Below, in pieces: positions 8,073-15,416 of a stretch of 15,416 nt of DNA. Position 1 is the stretch's first letter. Each line of letters starts with the position of its first letter. The translations under genes and the position numbers were made by a program. Under the pieces are notes generated by a model. It ran no database searches. It was given only the letters and a program-made list of their open reading frames with translations, and was not told where the DNA came from. Source of the stretch: Pseudomonadota bacterium (GTDB lineage: Bacteria; Bdellovibrionota_B; Oligoflexia; Oligoflexales; RGVZ01); NCBI GenBank assembly GCA_041178085.1, contig JBEGVZ010000028.1, forward strand, positions 1 to 15,416, written 5' to 3'.

Positions 8073-9278
8073 ATGACCGGCAGGAATTCTTTGCTTTTAG
8101 CTTTGGCAATTGCCTCGTTCACGGCGGGGATTGGTTGTTCGTCGAAGAACACGGAAATGGGCGAAGAAATCGGACAAGCGAAACAGACCAGCGACTCACC
8201 GAACGATGGGGCATCAACAGACGAAATGCCCGGCGCGGAAAACGACACCAACACTGCCGGCGCGCCCACAGACGGGACCGAAGAAGAACCTGTCGCCAGC
8301 CCGGCAAATTCACTCTTGGAACCAGTTCCATCCAGATTTATTGCGCCACAGAAGTCCAGAAAACTTCACTACAACGCCAACCTGACACTGGCGAGCTCGG
8401 AATCAGCGCGAATTTCAAGGGTTGCGCCGATTATCAGGAAGTGCGAAGGAAAAGTAATCGAACAAAGTCCGGCGGAAGTGATTGCTGATATCCCGGCAGC
8501 AAACCTCGAATCAGCTATCGAGCAAATCGCCAAGTCCTTCAAGGTCACCTCCCGGGAACTCAAAATAGCCGAACTGAATTCAACGTTCCTTGACCTGGAA
8601 GAGCGCCGCCGCGCACTGAAGGCCCTGATCAGCAAATTTGACGAGCTGCTGAAATCAAATGAATCCCACGACAAGCAAGTTCTTGTCGGAAAGATTGAAA
8701 CCATGCGAAAGACTCTTGCTGAAATCGAGGACCGTCTTTCCATCTCTTCGAACACAATAAAATTCTCAAGAATGCGCGTTGCCGTAGACGCCGCTGACAA
8801 GGCTGCAGGGGACCCCAGCTATCTTGACAAGTATTTTCAGTGGCTTGGTCGAATCGACCAGCCCCGCAGCTTCGAGCATGACGACTCAGTCAAAGCTTTG
8901 AAAATGGCAACTCCAAAGGGCTTCGGCAGTCTACAGAAATCTACGCATGTGACGGCTTTCACCTCGCCCGACAATATCCGCCTGCAGGCGTTTACACGCC
9001 CGAACCAACCACGTGGAAACGCTGTGTTCTGGCAAAAGAAAACTGCAGGATTATGGGCAAGGCCGGACACGACCATCAAGACCATGAAATCCGGAAAATT
9101 CAGGGTTGTCCGGATCGACACGCACAAGAAAAAGCCAGACAAGGTCCTGTTGATAGCATTCCGTTCCCGCGGGAAGACACTCGATGTGATCGTGGTGAAC
9201 GCGCCCGGCAAGAAAGCATTCACGGAATATGAAACCAGGATCAATGCCGCGATCTCAAGCGCGGGAGGCAAAACTTGA
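8073..9278 (+). CDS. Lipoprotein with a DUF4349-like domain and a C-terminal alpha/beta domain of unknown function
   Basis: Lipobox-like AGIGC and an acidic disordered linker. RKLHYNANLTL...IPAANL...FLDLEERRRAL...IKFSRMRV follows the DUF4349 pattern with a coiled-coil hairpin. SD GAGGA upstream. Confidence 0.7.
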   Translation: MTGRNSLLLALAIASFTAGIGCSSKNTEMGEEIGQAKQTSDSPNDGASTDEMPGAENDTNTAGAPTDGTEEEPVASPANSLLEPVPSRFIAPQKSRKLHYNANLTLASSESARISRVAPIIRKCEGKVIEQSPAEVIADIPAANLESAIEQIAKSFKVTSRELKIAELNSTFLDLEERRRALKALISKFDELLKSNESHDKQVLVGKIETMRKTLAEIEDRLSISSNTIKFSRMRVAVDAADKAAGDPSYLDKYFQWLGRIDQPRSFEHDDSVKALKMATPKGFGSLQKSTHVTAFTSPDNIRLQAFTRPNQPRGNAVFWQKKTAGLWARPDTTIKTMKSGKFRVVRIDTHKKKPDKVLLIAFRSRGKTLDVIVVNAPGKKAFTEYETRINAAISSAGGKT

Positions 9279-10000
9279 AATTTTTCAAAGGAAATTTTTT
9301 AACGATAGTCGTCCTGACTAGCCTGACCCTGATCCACACCCATTTGGGACGTGCGGAAGCTGTACCGGATTTGCCAAAAACATTCGAGTTCGAACAGCAC
9401 CATTATCAAGTCCCAAACGAAAACCCAGATGCGGTGATTGCCGCGCTCATAAAACTTACGCGAAGCCTCGAGGGATACTATACTGAGCTTTACAACACAC
9501 GGACCACCATCGCCGTGCCACTGAAAAATTCTGCGGCATTCACCCGGGCCCTGGAAAAGGAATTCCCCGGCGGCACTCATATGATGAAGAGGACCGACCA
9601 CACCTCGCTGGTAAAGAAGGCGATTTCGGACCTTAAGATCGCGAGAGAGTCCCTGGTCAACAACTATGAAAACCTTCGTCAGGCGGACAATCCACAGGCA
9701 ATAGATCGAATTCAGGCTCAGCTGGAAAAAGACATCACGAGCGCCGAGTCAGCACAGTTGGTGCTGAACCAGCAGCGACTCTTGGTGAACAAGTCATTTT
9801 TCACCATAGCAATTTCAGCGCCAGAGCAACCCGTTGGCAAGGGCAGCGAGGACGAAAACATGGCGTTCACATGGATGAATACACTGACGCTCGGGAACCT
9901 GACCGAATCATCCCGGGTCTACCCGGAGAAAACGGTCAGTGGTCAATCGATATTGGAAATATTGAACCCCCTCGGAATGATCGAGGGTTTGATCGATTGA
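9275..10000 (+). CDS. Exported DUF4349-like protein
   Basis: TTG start overlaps the upstream TGA, followed by a signal peptide. LEGYY...TIAVP...TDHT, coiled coil and KSFFTIAIS parallel the DUF4349-like domain of the upstream gene. Confidence 0.6.
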   Translation: MKFFKGNFLTIVVLTSLTLIHTHLGRAEAVPDLPKTFEFEQHHYQVPNENPDAVIAALIKLTRSLEGYYTELYNTRTTIAVPLKNSAAFTRALEKEFPGGTHMMKRTDHTSLVKKAISDLKIARESLVNNYENLRQADNPQAIDRIQAQLEKDITSAESAQLVLNQQRLLVNKSFFTIAISAPEQPVGKGSEDENMAFTWMNTLTLGNLTESSRVYPEKTVSGQSILEILNPLGMIEGLID

Positions 10001-10022
10001 TTGTCTACAGAGGTGAATTGTC

Positions 10023-10559
10023 ATGAATAAAACACGGCGATTTCATATGCGGCGATTTAATGTCATCGGATGTTTGATCTCGACACTTGTAAGTGCAGCG
10101 TGTTCGACTCCAAAGCCTTTTCTGGCCCCCAGGGATTTCGCAAGAATCCCGGACGCGCATGAGGACCTTGACTCAATTTTTAACGGCGATGAGGAAATCT
10201 ACGAAACCCTCAGACCCCGGGGGACGGAAAAATATATTAGCCCCGAGGGTTTACTCTTGCGCAGATCAATGAACAAACCTGTAGAGCCAAATGACGCCGA
10301 ATTCTGGCGTGATATGCTGGCGACCAAGTTGATGGCAAAAGGTTACAAAGTACTTTCGAAGGGGGAATCCCTTTCGAAAAACATGGCCGGCACCCATGTC
10401 CATTTTTCACAAGAAGTATCTGGCAACGAATCGATTTACATAGTTCATTTCTTTGTTCGCGGCAGGACTGTCCACATCCTGGAGGTTGGCGGCCCATCGG
10501 AAGTAATAAAAAAATCCAAGCAGACCGTGGAAAAGACGCTCTCATCATGGGAAATCTGA
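10023..10559 (+). CDS. Lipoprotein of unknown function, paralogous to the C-terminal domain of 8073..9278
   Basis: SD GAGGTG and lipobox VSAAC. Motifs APRDF, SPEG, DAEFW and VRGRTVHILEVGGP. Confidence 0.7.
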   Translation: MNKTRRFHMRRFNVIGCLISTLVSAACSTPKPFLAPRDFARIPDAHEDLDSIFNGDEEIYETLRPRGTEKYISPEGLLLRRSMNKPVEPNDAEFWRDMLATKLMAKGYKVLSKGESLSKNMAGTHVHFSQEVSGNESIYIVHFFVRGRTVHILEVGGPSEVIKKSKQTVEKTLSSWEI

Positions 10560-11089
10560 CTGTCCGCGACCGGTCTGCCGGGCTTTTCAACTACTTGCTT
10601 TACGCCGCGTTCGCCTTCCTGGTCATCCAGCGAGCACCGACCTGGTTAAAGCAATTCAAGGCAACAGGAACACGTCTTCCGGACTTTTCCGTTTCGCTGC
10701 TAGATGGGGAAACTTATCATTCTTCGGCCGATCATGATGCGCGCGCCATCGTATTCTGGGCGACTTGGTGCGGCCCCTGCACGTTTGAACTGGGACGCAT
10801 CCAAAGAATGATTGATGTCGGTAAAATTGCTCCAGCCTCTGTCCTTGCGATCAGCAGCCATGAAGAAACTACCGTTTTGCGCAAAGCAGTACAGGAACGT
10901 GGGTACACTTTCACCGTCGCATCAGACCTTGATGGCGATGTGGTGCGAAAACTGGAAATCCAGTCGACCCCTACGATCATCCTGAAATCGGCCAATCAGA
11001 CCATGGATTGGATCACAAATGGCCTGAGCCCGACCTTGGAGTTGCGACTTCAAAGGGCTCTCGCCAACAAACCACGCACTTCAATGTGA
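10547..11089 (+). CDS. TlpA/ResA-family thiol-disulfide oxidoreductase, membrane-anchored
   Basis: N-terminal TM segment, LPDFSVSLLDG, FWATWCGPC and a cis-Pro loop STPT. Confidence 0.88.
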   Translation: MGNLTVRDRSAGLFNYLLYAAFAFLVIQRAPTWLKQFKATGTRLPDFSVSLLDGETYHSSADHDARAIVFWATWCGPCTFELGRIQRMIDVGKIAPASVLAISSHEETTVLRKAVQERGYTFTVASDLDGDVVRKLEIQSTPTIILKSANQTMDWITNGLSPTLELRLQRALANKPRTSM

Positions 11090-11141
11090 TCCATTGGCTG
11101 ACCAATTTGCCGTTCGGGAACGCCTTCCATTGATACTCAGG

Positions 11142-11723
11142 CTATTCGAGATATTGGCACCCTGCCTGGGGAGTCCATTGGATCCCGGCAATGTCCAGAC
11201 CATTATCCACGATCGCTTTTTTAGCGCGCTCCAGTTCCGCCGCCTGCAGAACGGGAGTACGCGAGAGAATCCACAGGTACTTGCGCGATGGCTCACTGAC
11301 GACAGCCCAGCGATAGTCTTCATCGAGACCGATGATCCAGTAGTCGCCGCCGAACCAGCGGAGCCAAGGCAGGAAGAAATATACTTTCAATCGCGACCAT
11401 GATCCGTCCTGGACTGCCTCAGGTACCACCACAGCAGTCCCTTCAGCGACGGTGAGTCGCCCACTGATCGAATCCCTATTGCATGAATTGACAACGTTGA
11501 TGGTGCCATCTTCGTTCTTGGAATAGCGCGCCCGCGTGCAGTGACAACCACGCTGAAACCTCTGTGGGAAACTACCAATGTCGTACCAGATGCCAGAGTA
11601 ACGATCCAGGTCGACAAAGGGAACCGGACGGACTGGATTAGCCCCGGTCACGGCGGCCCCCTGAGCAAAAGCAAAAACCGGACTTGCCCAGACCACCAAT
11701 CCAAAGAGAAATTTTGCCACCAT
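11142..11723 (-). CDS. blc: Bacterial lipocalin (Blc family), 193 aa
   Basis: VDLDRYSGIWYDIG (GxW), YWIIGLDEDYRWAVV and YLWILSRTP. Start ATG 11723 follows GAGGGGG; the signal peptide has no lipobox Cys. Confidence 0.88.
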   Translation of the reverse strand: MVAKFLFGLVVWASPVFAFAQGAAVTGANPVRPVPFVDLDRYSGIWYDIGSFPQRFQRGCHCTRARYSKNEDGTINVVNSCNRDSISGRLTVAEGTAVVVPEAVQDGSWSRLKVYFFLPWLRWFGGDYWIIGLDEDYRWAVVSEPSRKYLWILSRTPVLQAAELERAKKAIVDNGLDIAGIQWTPQAGCQYLE

Positions 11724-11823
11724 GTTGCATGCCCCCCTCTTCTGGCAAGATACTATCAAAAGGACTTGGATCCGGTATGACAAAATGGATTGCGACCACC
11801 AGTAAAACTTGAAATGGCGGTTA

Positions 11824-12555
11824 ATGAGCGAAATTCCACCTGCGCCAGCTGACGACGTCCGAAGGGAGGCCCTGGCCAGACTCTCTGTTTTTGCCACCCG
11901 GGACAGCGCAGCTTACCAAAGAACAAGAAACCACCTGAACGGTAACGTCAGTGGACTTTCACCGTGGATCCGTCATGGCGTGCTGACTGCCACAGAGGTC
12001 CGCGACGCCGTCGTGAGCGAAATTGGCCCAAAAGCTGCCGAAAAATTTGTCGCGGAGCTGGGCTGGCGGGAATATTGGCATCGCGTCTATGAATCGATCG
12101 GTGACCGTATATGGGAAAACATCAACGCACAGACGACCGGCTGGCCACCGGATGGTTACGCGGATAAGCTGCCCGCAGAGGTTGAAACAGGTCGTACCGG
12201 GCTTGCCTGCATGGATTCTTTTGTCAAGCAACTGACGACGACCGGCACGATGCACAACCATGCAAGAATGTGGTTTGCCGCCTGGCTTGTGCACTGGCTC
12301 CGCATCAGATGGCAAACCGGAGCAAGTTTTTTCCTGCGCCATCTGCTGGACGCGGACATCGCCAGCAATAACCTGTCATGGCAATGGGTTGCCGGGACAT
12401 TCTCCAAAAAACCATACATATTCAACCGCGAGAACCTTGAACGCTTCACCAACGGCGTATTTTGCGGGGATTGCCCCGTAAAAAGTTGCTGCCCATTCGC
12501 CGGGACTTACGAAAAACTTCACCAGGAACTTTTTCCGCATGCAGCCACTCCATAG
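11824..12555 (+). CDS. Short DNA photolyase-like protein, FAD-binding domain only, with a C-terminal Cys cluster
   Basis: SGLSPWIRHG, ELGWREYW, GRTGLACMD, TGTMHNHARMWFA and LLDADIASNNLSWQWVAG. No N-terminal antenna domain. C-terminal FCGDCPVKSCCPF. Start ATG 11824 (TTG 11809 is an alternative). Confidence 0.85.
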   Translation: MSEIPPAPADDVRREALARLSVFATRDSAAYQRTRNHLNGNVSGLSPWIRHGVLTATEVRDAVVSEIGPKAAEKFVAELGWREYWHRVYESIGDRIWENINAQTTGWPPDGYADKLPAEVETGRTGLACMDSFVKQLTTTGTMHNHARMWFAAWLVHWLRIRWQTGASFFLRHLLDADIASNNLSWQWVAGTFSKKPYIFNRENLERFTNGVFCGDCPVKSCCPFAGTYEKLHQELFPHAATP

Positions 12556-13021
12556 CGATTCAGCGCAGGGTAATGGAACCGGACGCACTCCTGAGCGATC
12601 CATCATCTGGCTACAGCGGGATGCCATGGGTTCATGGAACCCAGCCATCAAGGCTCACCCGGATTCCCCTGTTTTTTTCTGCTTTGACGATGCCTGGATC
12701 CAGGAGGAAAACCCATCTCAACTCCGCCTCGACTTCATGACCCGGTGCGCGACCTCCCTGGGTGCCACGGTTATTTCCGGTGTCGCAGCCGAATGTCTTA
12801 GCAATGAGGCCAGAAAAGCAGGCACACGCAAAATTGTGACGACTGTCACACCATGCCGCCATTCCCGCCTGGCGTTTGAATCGCTCAACAGGTCAATTTC
12901 CCTTGAGATTATGAAGATTCCGCGCATTGTGGATCACGACGGTCCCTTCGACCTTCGCAGCTTTTCCCGCTTCTGGAAAGACGCATGCGCATTCGCTCTC
13001 CCGCCATCCGACCCATCATAA
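12539..13021 (+). CDS. Stand-alone photolyase antenna-like (alpha/beta) domain protein
   Basis: IIWLQRDAM...NPAI...PVFFCFD...RLDFMTRC...SFSRFWK mirrors the photolyase N-terminal domain pattern (WFRxDLR..DNPAL..PVFIFD..RxxFL..FTPFxK). It overlaps the upstream gene by 17 nt. Confidence 0.75.
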   Translation: MQPLHSDSAQGNGTGRTPERSIIWLQRDAMGSWNPAIKAHPDSPVFFCFDDAWIQEENPSQLRLDFMTRCATSLGATVISGVAAECLSNEARKAGTRKIVTTVTPCRHSRLAFESLNRSISLEIMKIPRIVDHDGPFDLRSFSRFWKDACAFALPPSDPS

Positions 13022-13045
13022 AATCTGATTCCAACCCATATTCGC

Positions 13046-13072
13046 TAAAGTTTTTCGCGATTTTGCCGATAA
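13046..13072 (+). promoter_or_regulatory. Sigma-28 (FliA/SigD) promoter
   Basis: TAAAGTTT-N11-GCCGATAA, an exact match to the canonical FliA consensus. It is intergenic and 43 nt upstream of ATG 13116. Confidence 0.85.
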
Positions 13073-13115
13073 CGCACCGCCTTTTTGTGCTGCTGATGCT
13101 GTTGCGGAGGAATTG

Positions 13116-13961
13116 ATGCGGTTGTGGAAGTTGAGTCACGTTGCGTTGTCGTTGTCAGTCATCGCCACCCAATCTTCATTTAGTGGTTGCTCCCAGACCA
13201 CTGGCGGTGACCAGTATCCAAAGCAAGCCGAGGAAACCCCCGCCCCGACGCAGGCCATTCAGGCACCCGTACTATCGGGCATCGATGAAGCAATCGCCGG
13301 GCAGGATCCAACCGACCAGCAAATCTGTGCGTTCCTGTCCTATCATGCGCAGGCAATTCCCTTTGAGTATGCTCAACTTTGCCAGGCCGGCCTTCTCAGC
13401 AAGCTGCGTAGCAGCCAGGAAGGCAAGGCGAACGAAATCGCCCGTGACGTAAAAGTAACCGTCTTCAAGTTGACCCTCGGCGGGACATACTCAAGTGCTG
13501 GACCGGAGGCGCTGAAACAGCTTTTTACCTTATCCGACCTCTACTGCCGTGATCCGGAAAGTTACATGACCACCTTCGGCCGCGACACGATATTCAAGGA
13601 CATCGATGTCATGGAGACTTCAAATCATACAACAGCCGCACAAAGCGGCCAGTGCGACGTCAGTATAAAAACCAGATCTTATTTCGGAATTTACGGTGCT
13701 CATGAGGCCAAGCAGGTTTACCGCGTGAACCGTGCCGGGAACATCATGACCACGGTCAATTACCTGACAAGAACGGTCAAACAAACCAAGCAGGCTACGA
13801 CAGTCGGCCTGACCTTCGCCGACAAGGGAATCACGCGCGTCGTCAGCATGCAGACATCTTCTGCAGATGCCGTAGTGAACATCGCCGTTGATACAGCGTT
13901 GACCAAAGTTCGCTCCGGATACGAACAAGGCATGGCTCGAACCAGGCAACTCCTTCCTTGA
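13116..13961 (+). CDS. Putative lipoprotein of unknown function (possible START/SRPBCC-like C-terminal domain)
   Basis: SD GGAGG, a signal peptide ending in FSGC, a Pro/Gln/Thr linker and four further Cys. The fold suggestion comes from the sequence pattern only. Confidence 0.7.
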   Translation: MRLWKLSHVALSLSVIATQSSFSGCSQTTGGDQYPKQAEETPAPTQAIQAPVLSGIDEAIAGQDPTDQQICAFLSYHAQAIPFEYAQLCQAGLLSKLRSSQEGKANEIARDVKVTVFKLTLGGTYSSAGPEALKQLFTLSDLYCRDPESYMTTFGRDTIFKDIDVMETSNHTTAAQSGQCDVSIKTRSYFGIYGAHEAKQVYRVNRAGNIMTTVNYLTRTVKQTKQATTVGLTFADKGITRVVSMQTSSADAVVNIAVDTALTKVRSGYEQGMARTRQLLP

Positions 13962-15337
13962 GCTATTTTTTTTCACGGACACTTGCCTTGGTGATTCGCA
14001 TGATGTTTTTTAGCGACAATAACAATGCACTGAACGCAGTTGCCTGGACTGTGATTATGATGGGCGCCTGCCTGCCACCGGCATCGCAGGCTCACGCCCA
14101 GAACGTCATCCCGGTGCGTCCCGGCGCCTCTAATAACGGGCAAGCTTCCCTGGGCGTGGTCAACGGCGAGGAACCCCATGCCGTATTCACCAATCCAGCG
14201 AATCTTCGCGTCCGCGGGAGCCTCGACAGCTGGAATGAGATTACCGTGATGGGTCTACGGACAACCTATGAAAACGATGCTTTTGAGCCGTTTACCTTTT
14301 CTCTGCTCGTCCCGCTGCCGGCGGCCGGATTTGCAGTGAAAATTACAGAATACGCGAGCTTCGGAGCCGCTATCACGCCAACCGGGATAGGGACCAAATC
14401 CACCATCCACAATGTTCCTTACCAACTTTCCGCTGACAATTATGCGACCACGGACGTCCACGCCAGGATCACCGGGTTCAATGCGGCCATTGGCGGCAAC
14501 CTGCACTTTGGTGAAACCATTGCCGCAGGTGTGTCGCTGGTAAACTCCTGGGACAAGAAACAAGTCAACACACAGATCGTCGCGCAAGAAACGGGCGAGA
14601 TCAGCGAGGCCGGCGATGTTGATATCTCAGGCTTCAACTGGAATACGCTCATCGGCTTGCGCATGAATACGGTGGCCGGCACACTCGCCCTCACCGCACT
14701 TCCTGCCAAGGTTTACCGCTCAAGCGGGGAAATCACTTCCGCCGATGTGGATCAGGAGGGTGAAATCACTACAAGACCGATGGAAAAAAGAGATTTCAGC
14801 CCTTTTACACTCGGCGCTGGATATGCGATTTCGATCGGATCTTGGACCCTGTCTGCTGAGTACCTGCGCAAGCATTTTTCCGATGGATCAGACCAGGAGA
14901 CCCCATACAGCCCCAGCGATCCAGTAACGGTAAATCTCAAGGACACCGAAGAATTCTCGGCAGGCGTCCGCATTGGCATCTCTTCCGACAGTTGGGTACG
15001 GGCTGGTTATGCTTTCCGCCAGGGAAAGCTTGGTCATGGCGAGTTTAGCGGCGGTCAAGATGAACGCGGAGTGTTTGGCATGCGTTTCGGTGAGCTCGAA
15101 GGCCTGGACCGCCAGACTGTGGCGGGTGGTTATGGTTATGAATCTGGCGCATGGTTATTCGATACGTTCACTTCAGTGACGTGGGGTTCCGCAATGGTTC
15201 CCGAAGATAAGCGAAATTCGGGCAGTTATACGATGTTGGCAGGTGCCGTAGGCATGTCGGCAACATGGAGCCTCGGCCATGAGGGAACAGGAAACCGGGG
15301 TGAGTTGACTCACCCAGCAAGTCCGGAAACACCTTAA
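13958..15337 (+). CDS. Outer-membrane beta-barrel, FadL/OmpP1/TodX family
   Basis: Signal peptide ending in AHA, hatch motif AVFTNPANL and alternating amphipathic strands (FGAAITP, LGAGYAI, WVRAGYAF, VAGGYGY). The start is uncertain: TTG 13958 overlapping the upstream stop, or ATG 14000/14003. Confidence 0.72.
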   Translation: MSYFFSRTLALVIRMMFFSDNNNALNAVAWTVIMMGACLPPASQAHAQNVIPVRPGASNNGQASLGVVNGEEPHAVFTNPANLRVRGSLDSWNEITVMGLRTTYENDAFEPFTFSLLVPLPAAGFAVKITEYASFGAAITPTGIGTKSTIHNVPYQLSADNYATTDVHARITGFNAAIGGNLHFGETIAAGVSLVNSWDKKQVNTQIVAQETGEISEAGDVDISGFNWNTLIGLRMNTVAGTLALTALPAKVYRSSGEITSADVDQEGEITTRPMEKRDFSPFTLGAGYAISIGSWTLSAEYLRKHFSDGSDQETPYSPSDPVTVNLKDTEEFSAGVRIGISSDSWVRAGYAFRQGKLGHGEFSGGQDERGVFGMRFGELEGLDRQTVAGGYGYESGAWLFDTFTSVTWGSAMVPEDKRNSGSYTMLAGAVGMSATWSLGHEGTGNRGELTHPASPETP

Positions 15338-15390
15338 AAAGGCTTGAGAATCCGTGGGATTCCTGAAGCAAAACACGCGATAAAATCAAC

Positions 15391-15416
15391 TAAAGATTGT
15401 TGGTAAAAATGCCGAT
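15391..15416 (+). promoter_or_regulatory. Probable second sigma-28 promoter (truncated) for a gene beyond the window
   Basis: TAAAG...GCCGAT with TAAA-N16-GCCGAT spacing, one nt longer than consensus. It is cut by the window edge. Confidence 0.5.

Noticed and set aside
12526..12555. Photolyase as a frameshifted pseudogene, or a programmed +1 frameshift at CTT-TTT-C
   Set aside because: Both ORFs have intact motifs, and the second has its own ATG overlapping the first gene's end. There is no stimulatory signal; a read-level check is still advisable.
13966..13973. T8 homopolymer at the start of the barrel gene as a phase-variation tract
   Set aside because: The tract is short and may lie upstream of the true start codon; there is no evidence of length variation.
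1..15416. CRISPR arrays, tRNA/rRNA, transposases, integrases, prophage or anti-phage defence genes
   Set aside because: No regularly spaced repeats or recognisable motifs were seen, and intergenic gaps are short. The XRE/ImmA-like gene alone does not indicate a prophage.

Overview
Gene-dense bacterial chromosomal window with no rRNA, tRNA, CRISPR array or mobile element visible. Family content and sigma-28-type promoters tentatively suggest Bdellovibrionota/Oligoflexia (inference only). The left part (minus strand, 1-6812) carries, in transcription order, a secreted hypothetical protein, a small hypothetical protein, Tat-exported PhoX phosphatase, an RDD-like membrane protein, an XRE-HTH/ImmA-IrrE-like regulator that lacks the HExxH motif, and a Ugp-like ABC transporter (ugpC-ugpA-ugpE, truncated by the window edge). 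The middle (plus strand, 6876-11089) is a tightly coupled operon: exported BCP peroxiredoxin, SAM methyltransferase, three mutually paralogous exported proteins (DUF4349-like plus a shared unnamed domain) and a TlpA thioredoxin. The right part has a lipocalin divergent from a two-gene, domain-inverted short photolyase with a putative Fe-S cysteine set. It ends with a perfect sigma-28 promoter upstream of a lipoprotein (possible START/SRPBCC fold) and a FadL-like outer-membrane barrel. The best leads are the split photolyase, the sigma-28 lipoprotein/FadL pair, the DUF4349 triad and the pseudo-protease regulator.
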